The notes below the pieces were generated by a model. It had not been told where the DNA came from, did no database searches, and saw nothing but the letters and a program-made list of their open reading frames with translations. Source: Ilumatobacteraceae bacterium (GTDB lineage: Bacteria > Actinomycetota > Acidimicrobiia > Acidimicrobiales > Ilumatobacteraceae). Taken from it: a stretch of 64,000 nt of DNA. The stretch's first letter is position 1, and each line of letters opens with the position of its first letter. Shown here piece after piece: positions 42,764 through 51,761 of the stretch. The translations under genes were made by a program, and so were the position numbers. The DNA is taken from positions 472 through 64,471 of the forward strand of contig JBEVOM010000150.1 of NCBI GenBank assembly GCA_040507575.1. Direction: 5' to 3'.

Positions 42764-43441
42764 ATAGCCACGCCACAACGCGACCAGCGTGAGCAGCACC
42801 GCATCAACGACCGCATCAGGGCCCGCGAGGTTCGCCTCATCGGACCCGACGGCGATCAACTGGGGATCACCGCGGTCCCCGAGGCGCTGCGGATGGCCCG
42901 AGGACTGGAACTGGACCTCGTCGAGGTGGCCCCGATGGCCAACCCGCCGGTGTGTCGGATCATGGACTACGGCAAGTTCCGGTACGAGGAGGCCCAGAAG
43001 GCCAAGGAGTCCCGGCGCAAGTCGTCGAACGTGTCCGTCAAGGAGGTCAAGTTCCGGCCGAAGATCGGCCGCGGCGACTTCGACGTCAAGGTCCGCAAGG
43101 TCGACCAGTTCATCCACGAGGGTCACAAGGTCAAGGTGACGCTGCAGTTCCGAGGGCGCGAGATGGCCCACCCGGAGCTCGGCACCAAGATCCTCGACCA
43201 GGTCCTCGGTGTCGTCGGCGAGTACGTGAAGGTCGAGACGCAGGCCCGTCTCGAGGGACGGAACATGTCCATGGTGCTCTCCCCCGACAAGAAGGCGCTC
43301 GACGCCACCCGGACCACCGACGGCGACGATGCCGACGGCACTGCAGCGGCCCCACCGGTCGACGGCGCACCGGCCGACTCGCCAATCGAGTCGGCACCAG
43401 CCGCCGAGCCGGCACCGGCCGCCGAGCAGACGGCCCCCTGA
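42764..43441 (+). CDS. infC: translation initiation factor IF-3, non-canonical (probably AUA) start
   Basis: The conserved N-domain INDRIRAREVRLIGPDGDQLGI is encoded between the in-frame TGA at 42755 and the first canonical start at 42893. AGGAG at 42750-42754 lies 9 nt before ATA 42764. Ala/Pro-rich C-terminal tail. Confidence 0.85.
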   Translation: MATPQRDQREQHRINDRIRAREVRLIGPDGDQLGITAVPEALRMARGLELDLVEVAPMANPPVCRIMDYGKFRYEEAQKAKESRRKSSNVSVKEVKFRPKIGRGDFDVKVRKVDQFIHEGHKVKVTLQFRGREMAHPELGTKILDQVLGVVGEYVKVETQARLEGRNMSMVLSPDKKALDATRTTDGDDADGTAAAPPVDGAPADSPIESAPAAEPAPAAEQTAP

Positions 43442-43475
43442 CCCCCCGATACAGGCTCCCGGAGGAGCACCAACC

Positions 43476-43673
43476 ATGCCGAAGATGAAGACGTCCAAGA
43501 CGGCCGCGAAGCGGTTCAAGACCACGGGCAGCGGCCGGATCCGTCGCGAGCAGTCGATGAACCAGCACCTGTTCGAGAAGAAGTCGTCGCGGCGCAAGCG
43601 TCGTCTGGCGGCGGATGCCGATGTGCACCCGACGGACCTGAAGAAGATCAAGCGCCTCCTCGGCGAGCGCTGA
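43476..43673 (+). CDS. rpmI: 50S ribosomal protein L35
   Basis: MPKMKTSKTAAKRFKTTGSG signature. Confidence 0.95.
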   Translation: MPKMKTSKTAAKRFKTTGSGRIRREQSMNQHLFEKKSSRRKRRLAADADVHPTDLKKIKRLLGER

Positions 43674-43703
43674 ACCACCACATCACGAGGAGAGTGAGTT
43701 GAC

Positions 43704-44057
43704 ATGGCACGCGTGAAGCGTGGGGTCGCCGCCAAGCGGCGCCACAAGAAGGTCCTGGAACAGGCCAAGGGTTACTACGGCAACAAGAGCCGTTCGTTCC
43801 GGGCGGCCAACGAGCAGGTCATCCGCAGCGGCCAGTACGCGTTCCGCGACCGCCGGGCCCGCAAGGGCGAGTTCCGTCGCCTGTGGATCCAGCGGATCAA
43901 CGCGGCGACGCGACAGCACGACATGTCCTACAGCCGGTTCATCGCCGGCCTCAACGCCGCCGGCGTCGAGGTCGACCGCAAGATCCTCGCCGATCTCGCG
44001 GTCACCGATGCGGCGGCGTTCGGTGCGCTCGTCGAGACGGCGAAGGCGGCTCTCTGA
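43704..44057 (+). CDS. rplT: 50S ribosomal protein L20
   Basis: [26 protein letters not shown] signature. Confidence 0.95.
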   Translation: MARVKRGVAAKRRHKKVLEQAKGYYGNKSRSFRAANEQVIRSGQYAFRDRRARKGEFRRLWIQRINAATRQHDMSYSRFIAGLNAAGVEVDRKILADLAVTDAAAFGALVETAKAAL

Positions 44058-44797
44058 GCGATCCGCTGGGGTTCACCAACCCGGAGATCCAACGGCTGCG
44101 GCGCCTCCTGGGGCGCCGCAGTTCGCGTTCCGAGGAAGGTGCGTTCGTCGTCGAGGGAGCGGTCCTGATCTCCGAGGCGTTGGCCGGCGGCTGGGTCGTC
44201 GCCGCCCAGTAAGTCGCACCGGGCGTCGATCCCGTGGCGGGCGATGCCGGTCGGGTCCGCCTGCTCGCCGCCGGCGTCGCCGAACGCATCGCAGCCACCG
44301 AGACGACGACCGGGCTGCTGGCCGTCGTGCGGATCCCGCCGCCCGATCCGGGCGTCGTCGCTGGCGCGACGTTCGCCGTCGTCGCCGATCGGGTGGCCGA
44401 CCCCGGGAACCTGGGGACGATCCTGCGATCCGCCGAGGCGGCGGGCGTCGATGCCGTCGTGGTGACGCCGGGCACGGTCGACGTCTTCAACCCGAAGGTG
44501 GTGCGGGCATCGGCCGGCGCGCTCTTCCACGTCGCCGTGGCGGTCGCGTCGTTGGCCGAGGTGTCGGCGGCCGGCCTCCGACTCGTCGGGACGTCGTCGC
44601 GTCACGGTGTCCCACACGACGTGGCGGACTGGTCGGGCCGGTTGGCCATCGTCGCCGGCAGCGAGGCCCACGGCCTGGCCGACGACGCGCCGATGGACGA
44701 CTGGGTGCGCATCGAGCACCACGGTCGGGCCGAGAGCCTGAACGTGGCGATGGCGACGACCGTGCTGTGCTTCGAGGCCGCCAGGTCCCGGCGCTGA
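44054..44797 (+). pseudogene. TrmH/SpoU-family RNA 2'-O-methyltransferase (TsnR-like) interrupted by an in-frame TAA
   Basis: The substrate-binding N-part (NPEIQRLRRLL...AFVVEGAVLISEAL) and the SpoU catalytic part (DPGNLGTILRSAEAAG, IVAGSEAHG, ESLNVAMA) are in the same frame, separated by TAA at 44210-44212. There is no canonical start for the N-part after the rplT stop. Confidence 0.7.
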
Positions 44798-44971
44798 TCG
44801 CGTTGTGTCGGTGCTGGCGCGGGCGCGTATCGTGGCGCCGGTGAGCCATGTGGCGCGACGTCGATTTCGGTGCCCCGGGTGGATCCGGGGCCGGTGAGCA
44901 CGAAGCACGACCGCGCCGCAGCCTGAGTCCACCCGGGGTCGTGCCCGCAGGCTCAGCATGAAAGGACTCCC

Positions 44972-45979
44972 GTGATCGACGACATCCGCGCCGCACGCGA
45001 CGCGGCGCTCGAGCGCATCGCCGCCGCGACCACGATCGACGACGTCGCCACGCTCGACGCCCAGTTGCTCGGCAAGCGCGGCGATCTGGCTCAGCTCAAG
45101 ACCCGGCTCGGCGCACTGGCGACCGTCGACGAGCGCAAGGCTGCTGGCCGCCAGCTCAACGACGCCACGTCCGCCGCGGCAGCAGCCCTCGCCGATCGTC
45201 GTGCCGCGCTCGGCGCCGCCGAGCGGGCTCGTCGCGTCGAGGCCGAGCGCCTCGACCTCACCGAGTACGTGGCCCGGGCCGGACGCGGTCGGCCCCACCT
45301 CGTCACCCAGGCGTGGGAACGGCTCGAGGACGTGTTCGTCGGGCTCGGTTTCCAGGTCGCCGAGGGTCCCGAGATCGAGACCGACTGGCACAACTTCGAA
45401 GCGCTGAACATGGGGGAGGGGCATCCCGCGCGGAGCGACTTCGACACGCTGTTCGTGGACCACGCCGGTGCCGAGCCCGGCCGGACCGTGCTGCGGACGC
45501 ACACGTCGCCGGTGCAGATCCGAACGATGCTGGCCAGCGGCCCACCGATCTACGTCATCGCCCCCGGACGGGTGTTCCGGCGCGACACGCCCGACTCCAC
45601 CCACATGCCCGTGTTCCACCAGATCGAGGGGCTGGTCGTCGACCGTGGCATCACGCTCGCCCATCTCGCCGGCACGATCGAGGCGTTCACCAAGGCGTTC
45701 TTCGGCTCCGAGTTCTCGTCCCGGCTGCGGCCGAGCTACTTCCCGTTCACCGAGCCGTCCGGCGAGTTCGACATCCGGACGCCGAAGGGCACGTGGTTGG
45801 AGCTCGGCGGCTGCGGCATGGTGCACCCGAACGTCCTGCGGGCCGGGGGCATCGATCCCGAGGAGTGGAGCGGCTTCGCATTCGGCTTCGGGATCGATCG
45901 CATGGCCAAGGAGCGCCACGCCGTCGACGACATCCGTGACATGTTCACCGGCGACATCCGGTTCGCGGAGCAGTTCTGA
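44972..45979 (+). CDS. pheS: phenylalanine--tRNA ligase alpha subunit
   Basis: Class II motifs (LRTHTSPVQ, FRRD, GFAFGFGIDR). GTG start. Confidence 0.95.
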   Translation: MIDDIRAARDAALERIAAATTIDDVATLDAQLLGKRGDLAQLKTRLGALATVDERKAAGRQLNDATSAAAAALADRRAALGAAERARRVEAERLDLTEYVARAGRGRPHLVTQAWERLEDVFVGLGFQVAEGPEIETDWHNFEALNMGEGHPARSDFDTLFVDHAGAEPGRTVLRTHTSPVQIRTMLASGPPIYVIAPGRVFRRDTPDSTHMPVFHQIEGLVVDRGITLAHLAGTIEAFTKAFFGSEFSSRLRPSYFPFTEPSGEFDIRTPKGTWLELGGCGMVHPNVLRAGGIDPEEWSGFAFGFGIDRMAKERHAVDDIRDMFTGDIRFAEQF

Positions 45980-45980
45980 G

Positions 45981-48344
45981 ATGAAGCTGCTCCTGTCCTG
46001 GCTCGACGAGTACGTCGGCGCCGAGGCGCCGCTGGCGACCGACATCGACGCGCTGTCCGACACCCTCGCGATGCTCGGCCTGCCCGTCGAGGACGTGATC
46101 CGTACCGGCGCCGTGGCCGGCGTCGTCACCGCGCGCGTCGTGCGCACCGAGCAGCATCCCGACGCGGCCAAGGTCCAGCGGGTCTGGGTCGACGCCGGCG
46201 ACGGTCACCAGCGCCACGTCTGGTGCGGCGCGTTCAACTTCCGCAGCGGTGACGTGGTGCCACTGGCCACGCTCGGCACGGAGATGCCCGACGGGCGGAC
46301 CATCACCAGGCGCGGCATCCTCGGCATCGACTCGGACGGCATGTTGTGCTCGGCGCGCGAGCTCGGCCTCGGCGACGACCACAGCGGCATCCTCGTGCTC
46401 CCCGAGGACTCACCCCTCGGGGTTCCCTACGGCGACGTCGTCGGCCTGCACGCGGATGTGATCGTCGACGTCGACGTGACCCGCAACCGGCCCGACTGCC
46501 TGTCGTATGTGGGCGTCGCCCGTGACCTGGCGGCCAAGCTGGGTGTTGCGTTCACGCCGCCTCGGCCGCCGGTGCCGGTGCTGGCCATCGGCGGCCCGCT
46601 GACGACGGTCGATCTGGTCGCCGGCGATCGCTGCGGACGGTTCACGTCGAGCGTCCTGAGCGGCGTCGTCATCGCCCCCTCGGCGACGTGGATGGCCGCA
46701 CGGCTCACCGCGGCCGGCATGCGGCCGATCAACAACGTCGTCGACGTGAGCAACTACGTCATGCTCGAGCTCGGTCAGCCGAACCATGCCTACGACCTGG
46801 CGACGCTCGGCGGTTCGGGGTTCCGCGTCCGATTGGCCCGCGACGGCGAGCGGCTGACGACGCTCGACGACGTCGAGCGGGTGCTCACCGTCGACGACCT
46901 GCTGATCTGCGATGCCACTGACGCCCCGATCGGCCTGGGCGGGATCATGGGCGGTGCCGACACCGAGATCTCCGACACCACGACGACCGTCGCGCTGGAG
47001 GTGGCGTGGTTCGCGCCGATGGCGATCGGCCGCAGCGTCTCGCGTCTCGGCCTGCGCTCGGAGGCGTCGGCTCGGTACGAGCGGGGCGTCGACCCATACG
47101 TCGCCGACACGGCGATCGCCCGCTTCGTCGAGCTGCTCGGCGAGACCTGTCCGGACCTGCGGGTCGTCCCCGGCGCGGTCGACGCCCGCGGGTCCGGGTT
47201 GCCGCCGCAGCAGCGATCCAGCGCAGTGCGCGTCGCCCAGATCAACCGCATCCTCGGTACGACGTTGTCCGCCTCCGACCTGCCCGCCCTGCTCGATCCG
47301 ATCGGCTTCACCGTGAGTGGCACGGGCGACGTCGTCGAGGTGGCGCTGCCATCGTGGCGGCCCGACAGCACCGAGGAGATCGACGTCGTCGAGGAGGTGG
47401 GGCGGCACTACGGGTACGACCGGATCGGCAAGGCGATGCCGACATCCACCCTCCACGGCCGCCTGTCCGTCCCGCAGCAGCGTCGGCGCCAGCTCCGGGC
47501 GATCCTGCTCGGCCTCGGCGTCACGGAGGCGATGCCGAACCCGTTCCTCGCCCCTGACACGCTCGTCAAGGCTGGACTGCCCGGCGACGCCCTGCGGATC
47601 ACGAACCCACTCGTCGCCGAGGAGAGCGTGCTGCGCACGTCACTGCGCCCGGGCCTGCTGCGGGCGATCGCGTTCAACGAATCGCACCGGCGGCCAGGCG
47701 TCGCGCTGTTCGAGATCGGCCACGTCTACCCACCCGCGGGCGGCGAGCTCCCCGACGAGTACGAGGCGCTCGGCGTCGTGCTGGCCGGGCACGAAGCGCC
47801 GGCCGCGGTCGCCGTGTGGCGGGAGATCGCGACGGCGATGGGTGTCGGCGCCCGCATCGACCAGGGCCGCGTCCCGCCAGGACTGCACGCCACCCGTTCG
47901 GCGACGCTCGTCGCCGGTCGGGACGCGATCGGCGCCGTCGGCGAGGCCGCGCCCGAGGTGCTGGACGCGTTCGACATCACCGAACGAGTCGCGATCCTCG
48001 AGCTCGACCTGAGGGCGGTGCTCGAACGGGAGCCGAAGCCGGCGGCCTGGAAGCCGACGAGCCGGCATCCGTCGAGCGACCTCGACCTCGCGTTCGTGCT
48101 CGCCGACGACGTTCCGGCCGAGAAGCTCGACAAGGCGATCCGCCAGGGTGCCGGGGCGCTGCTCGTCGATCTCGTCCTGTTCGACGTCTATCGCGGCGCC
48201 GGGCTCGGGGACGGGCGGCGGAGCCTGGCATATCGCCTGCGGTTGCAGGCCGCCGATCGCAACCTCACCGAGGGTGACATCGCCGACGTCCGGGCCAAGG
48301 TCACCGCGGCGACGTCCAGGCTCGGGGCCGAGTTGCGCAGCTGA
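45981..48344 (+). CDS. pheT: phenylalanine--tRNA ligase beta subunit
   Basis: MKLLLSWLDEYV N-terminus, tRNA-binding, B3/4 and B5 regions and a C-terminal FDVYRG anticodon-binding domain. Confidence 0.95.
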   Translation: MKLLLSWLDEYVGAEAPLATDIDALSDTLAMLGLPVEDVIRTGAVAGVVTARVVRTEQHPDAAKVQRVWVDAGDGHQRHVWCGAFNFRSGDVVPLATLGTEMPDGRTITRRGILGIDSDGMLCSARELGLGDDHSGILVLPEDSPLGVPYGDVVGLHADVIVDVDVTRNRPDCLSYVGVARDLAAKLGVAFTPPRPPVPVLAIGGPLTTVDLVAGDRCGRFTSSVLSGVVIAPSATWMAARLTAAGMRPINNVVDVSNYVMLELGQPNHAYDLATLGGSGFRVRLARDGERLTTLDDVERVLTVDDLLICDATDAPIGLGGIMGGADTEISDTTTTVALEVAWFAPMAIGRSVSRLGLRSEASARYERGVDPYVADTAIARFVELLGETCPDLRVVPGAVDARGSGLPPQQRSSAVRVAQINRILGTTLSASDLPALLDPIGFTVSGTGDVVEVALPSWRPDSTEEIDVVEEVGRHYGYDRIGKAMPTSTLHGRLSVPQQRRRQLRAILLGLGVTEAMPNPFLAPDTLVKAGLPGDALRITNPLVAEESVLRTSLRPGLLRAIAFNESHRRPGVALFEIGHVYPPAGGELPDEYEALGVVLAGHEAPAAVAVWREIATAMGVGARIDQGRVPPGLHATRSATLVAGRDAIGAVGEAAPEVLDAFDITERVAILELDLRAVLEREPKPAAWKPTSRHPSSDLDLAFVLADDVPAEKLDKAIRQGAGALLVDLVLFDVYRGAGLGDGRRSLAYRLRLQAADRNLTEGDIADVRAKVTAATSRLGAELRS

Positions 48345-49081
48345 TGAGTGACGCCTCGTCACGACCGCCGCGCCGCGTCCCCGGATGGGTCTGGGTCGTC
48401 GTGCCGATGACCATCTCGGCGCTGTTGTTCGGCGCGCTCGCGGTCGCCGTCCGGACGTCGGGCGACGACGACGGCAGCGAGTCGATCTCCGGCCCGGCGA
48501 CCGATCTGCCGGCGGTGACCGATGCCGTCGGCGTGCTCCTCGCGGCGTCCCCCGCCACTGCCGACATCGGTGCGGCCCTCGGCACGCGTTACGGGGAGGC
48601 GACGGCGGGCCTGGCTCAGATCACCGATCCCGTCGAGTACGCCGCGCAGTTCGACCGACTTCCGGCGGCCGAGGCCAGGGCGATGGGTCGGACGTTGGGC
48701 GCGATGCAGACCCAGCTCTCGCCGACCGACGTGGGCGGCGCCAGGGGCAGCGGCGACCGGGCCGGGGACATCGTGTTCGCGCTGCAACTGGCGCGGGCGG
48801 CGATCGTGGCGATGGACCCCGGCGCGGCCCCGCGCGACCAGGCGCTGGCGATCCTGCCGTTCTCGATCCAGGACCTCCCGGGGTTCGACGCGCTCGCCGA
48901 CGAGCTCATCAACGGCGACCTCAGCGGCCTGGCCGTCCGGGTCGACGATGCGCTCTCGTCGGCCGGCGCCAGCGAGCTCGTCAGCTCCGTCGCCAACGAG
49001 ATCAGCGACCGCCTCCAAGCTCTGCCCGACCCGGACCTGCAGGCCGAGTTCATGGCCGGCTACGGCGCCGGGACGTCGTGA
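48344..49081 (+). CDS. hypothetical membrane-anchored protein
   Basis: ATGA overlap with the pheT stop. One N-terminal TM helix (WVWVVVPMTISALLFGALAVAV) then an Ala/Asp-rich soluble part. No family recognised. Confidence 0.55.
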   Translation: MSDASSRPPRRVPGWVWVVVPMTISALLFGALAVAVRTSGDDDGSESISGPATDLPAVTDAVGVLLAASPATADIGAALGTRYGEATAGLAQITDPVEYAAQFDRLPAAEARAMGRTLGAMQTQLSPTDVGGARGSGDRAGDIVFALQLARAAIVAMDPGAAPRDQALAILPFSIQDLPGFDALADELINGDLSGLAVRVDDALSSAGASELVSSVANEISDRLQALPDPDLQAEFMAGYGAGTS

Positions 49082-49139
49082 ACCGACGACGTGGCCCGGC
49101 CGGCGCGCCGCGCCGCCAACGGCCCGGTCGCGAGGCGCG

Positions 49140-49718
49140 TCAGTTGGCGCTGAGGTCGTCGGGAGCCTCGGCGAGCCAGGCGAGACGGCCGGGCTGACGA
49201 CGCAGGACGGCTCGCCACAGCTCATCGGGATCGGTCGTGAAGACGTCCGACGGGTCGGGATCGAGCACGAGCCACGCGCCGGCGTCGATCTCCCCCTCGA
49301 GCTGGCCGGGGCCCCAGCCGGAGTAGCCGCGGAACACGCGCAACGCGCTGATGGACGGGATCACCGTGGTCGGGTCGGCGGCGAGGTCGGCCGAGGCGAT
49401 GTCGCCGCTCAGCGGAGCCAGGTGCTCGTCGGCCTCGTCGATCGGCTGACGGGTCCGGGCGAGGGCGATGAGGGCGTCGGGCTCGACCGGCCCGCCGACG
49501 AACACCCGCGACGGCAACGTCTGCAGGTCGGCCCAGCGGTCGAGCGGCTCGTCGAGCTCCTCGGGGCTCGGCCGGTTGAGCACGAGGCCGAGCGCTCCTT
49601 CGTTGTGGTGCTCCAACACGTAGATCACGGTGCGGTCGAAGTTGGGATCCTCGAGCGGCGGGGTGGCGAGCAGCAACCGGCCCTTCGTTGGCGGGCTGCC
49701 CGGGATCATGGGACCCAT
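49140..49718 (-). CDS. YqgE/AlgH-family (UPF0301) protein
   Basis: GRLLLATPPLEDPNFDRTVIYVLEHHNEGALGLVLNRP and GYSGWGPGQLE motifs. Confidence 0.85.
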   Translation of the reverse strand: MGPMIPGSPPTKGRLLLATPPLEDPNFDRTVIYVLEHHNEGALGLVLNRPSPEELDEPLDRWADLQTLPSRVFVGGPVEPDALIALARTRQPIDEADEHLAPLSGDIASADLAADPTTVIPSISALRVFRGYSGWGPGQLEGEIDAGAWLVLDPDPSDVFTTDPDELWRAVLRRQPGRLAWLAEAPDDLSAN

Positions 49719-49755
49719 TCTGCCCCGACGGAGCGATGTTCAACATGCGGCCGTA

Positions 49756-49793
49756 GTTGCATGAACATGCGATCTATCGTATGATCATGCGAT
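49756..49793. promoter_or_regulatory. tandem ARG boxes (ArgR operator) overlapping the argC start
   Basis: GTTGCATGAACATGCGAT (49756-49773), a 2-bp spacer, then ATCGTATGATCATGCGAT (49776-49793). Both fit the TGCAT-RWWY-ATGC pattern recalled for actinobacterial ARG boxes. Centres are 20 bp apart. AT-rich dip; argR is encoded in the same cluster. Confidence 0.65.
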
Positions 49794-50853
49794 GGTCGCT
49801 CACGCCCCGGTCAGGGCCGGCATCATCGGGGCGTCCGGTTTCACCGGGGCCGAGCTGCTGCGGCTGGTGGCCGGCCACCCCGACGTCGACGTCGTCGTCG
49901 CCACCGCTGGCACCCAGGCCGGACAGCCGGTCGGGGAGCTGTACCCGTCGCTGGCCGCGGCGTACCCCGACCTCGGACTGAGCGCCTTCGACGCCGACGC
50001 CGACGCCGGCGCCGACATCGACGTGGTTGACGGTCTCGACCTGCTGTTCCTCGGGCTCCCCCACCAGGCGTCGATGGCGTTGGCGCCCCGACTCGTCGGG
50101 CGCGTCGGCTGCGTCGTCGATCTCTCGGCGGCGTTCCGCCTCAAGGACGCGTCGTCGTACCCCGCCTGGTACGGCTTCGAGCACGACCAGCCCGCACTGC
50201 TGGCCGAGGCGGTCTACGGGCTGCCCGAGCGACACCGGGCCGACCTGGTGGGAGCGCGTCTCGTGGCCACACCCGGCTGCTACGTCACGGCGGCGACGCT
50301 GGCGCTCGCCCCGCTGCTCGACGCCGGGCTGGTCGATCCGGTCGGTGTCATCGTCGACGCGGCGAGCGGCGTGTCCGGCGCCGGGCGGGGGGCGACGGCA
50401 TCGAACGCGTTCTGCACCGTGGACGAGAACTTCGTCGCGTACGGGCTGCTCGACCACCGCCACACCCCCGAGATCGAGCAGAACCTCGGTGCCCAGGTGC
50501 TCTTCACGCCGCACCTCGCGCCGATGAACCGCGGCATCCTCGCCACCTGCTACGCCCGGCCGGTCGCCGGCGCCGACCTCTCGACGGCGCTGCTCGGTGA
50601 CGTGCTGCGGGCGGCCTACGCGACCGAGCCGTTCGTCGTCGCCATCGACGGATCCCCGTCCACGAAGGCGACGCTCGGTTCCAACGCCGCCCACGTCAAC
50701 GCCCGCTTCGACGAGCGCACGGGATACGTCGTCGCGCTCTGTGCGATCGACAACCTCACGAAGGGGGCATCGGGCGGCGCGCTCCAATCGGCGAACATCG
50801 CGCTCGGGCTGGATGAGCGGGCCGGGCTGCCGCTCGTCGGGGTCGCTCCGTGA
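49792..50853 (+). CDS. argC: N-acetyl-gamma-glutamyl-phosphate reductase
   Basis: GIIGASGFTGAELLRL N-terminus and the ATPGCY active-site Cys motif. Confidence 0.95.
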   Translation: MVAHAPVRAGIIGASGFTGAELLRLVAGHPDVDVVVATAGTQAGQPVGELYPSLAAAYPDLGLSAFDADADAGADIDVVDGLDLLFLGLPHQASMALAPRLVGRVGCVVDLSAAFRLKDASSYPAWYGFEHDQPALLAEAVYGLPERHRADLVGARLVATPGCYVTAATLALAPLLDAGLVDPVGVIVDAASGVSGAGRGATASNAFCTVDENFVAYGLLDHRHTPEIEQNLGAQVLFTPHLAPMNRGILATCYARPVAGADLSTALLGDVLRAAYATEPFVVAIDGSPSTKATLGSNAAHVNARFDERTGYVVALCAIDNLTKGASGGALQSANIALGLDERAGLPLVGVAP

Positions 50854-51761
50854 CCCCGCTGGCCCGGGGCGTCGTCGAGGCGCTCGCCGATCTGCCGGAG
50901 CAGGCGATCGCCCACGTGCTGGTCGAAGCGCTGCCGTACATCCGGCGCTTCGCCGGCAAGACGATGGTCGTGAAGTACGGCGGCAACGCGTTGGCCGGCA
51001 CGTCGGACCATGATGCGCTGGATCTGTTCGCGCAGGACATCGTGCTGATGCGGCTCGTGGGCATCCGTCCCGTGGTCGTCCATGGTGGCGGTCCGCAGAT
51101 CAGCGCCCTGATGTCGCGCCTCGGCAAGACGACGGAGTTCCGCGACGGGCTGCGGGTGACCGACGCCGAGACCGTCGACATCGCCCGCATGGTCCTCATC
51201 GGGCAGGTCAACCCCCAGCTCGTCACCGCGCTCAACCTGCACGGCAACTACGCGGTCGGCGTGAGTGGCGAGGACGCCGGGCTCATCCGGGCCGTTGCCC
51301 GCGACCCGGGGCTCGGGTTCGTCGGCGATGTCGCGGCGATCAACCCGGCGATCCTCGACGGCCTGCTGGCGAACGAGTTCATCCCCGTCGTCGCGACGAT
51401 CGGGACCGACGAACGAGGCCAGGCCTACAACATCAACGCCGACGTCGTCGCCGGCGCGATCGCCGAGGCGGTGGGCGCCGAGAAGCTGATCTACCTCACC
51501 GACATCGAAGGGCTGCGACGTGATGTCGGCGATGCCAGCAGCTTGATCCGCCAGACGACGCCCGACGACCTCGACGCCCTGGTCGCCGACGGGACGATCG
51601 CCGGCGGGATGATCCCGAAGGTGTCGAGCTGCGTGCGGGCCGTGCGTGGCGGCGTCGAGCGGGCCCACATCCTCGACGGCCGCATCGCCCACGTGCTGCT
51701 CGTCGAGCTGTTCACCGATGCCGGCATCGGCACCATGGTCCAGGAGCGCACCACCTCATGA
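50850..51761 (+). CDS. argB: acetylglutamate kinase
   Basis: VVKYGGNAL, VVHGGGPQI and NINAD motifs. GTGA overlap with argC. Confidence 0.95.
   Translation: MTPLARGVVEALADLPEQAIAHVLVEALPYIRRFAGKTMVVKYGGNALAGTSDHDALDLFAQDIVLMRLVGIRPVVVHGGGPQISALMSRLGKTTEFRDGLRVTDAETVDIARMVLIGQVNPQLVTALNLHGNYAVGVSGEDAGLIRAVARDPGLGFVGDVAAINPAILDGLLANEFIPVVATIGTDERGQAYNINADVVAGAIAEAVGAEKLIYLTDIEGLRRDVGDASSLIRQTTPDDLDALVADGTIAGGMIPKVSSCVRAVRGGVERAHILDGRIAHVLLVELFTDAGIGTMVQERTTS

Noticed and set aside
44210-44212. Programmed recoding (selenocysteine or pyrrolysine) at the in-frame stop of the trmH-family gene.
   Set aside because: The codon is TAA, not TGA or TAG, and no SECIS/PYLIS-like context is expected for this enzyme family. 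A nonsense mutation or base-call error is the simpler reading.
44860-44895. Possible T-box riboswitch upstream of pheS: GGGTGGATCCGGG resembles the T-box core GGGTGGTACCGCG, and a UUC codon lies in GAUUUCGG.
   Set aside because: The putative specifier UUC is only ~10 nt from the T-box-like sequence, so there is no room for Stem I or the platform. UGGA would pair with a U discriminator rather than the A expected for tRNA-Phe. No terminator/antiterminator alternative is visible.
44848-44961. Leader peptide for Phe-dependent attenuation (ATG at about 44848, roughly 37 codons).
   Set aside because: It contains a single Phe codon rather than a Phe run, and no associated terminator hairpin with a U-tract.
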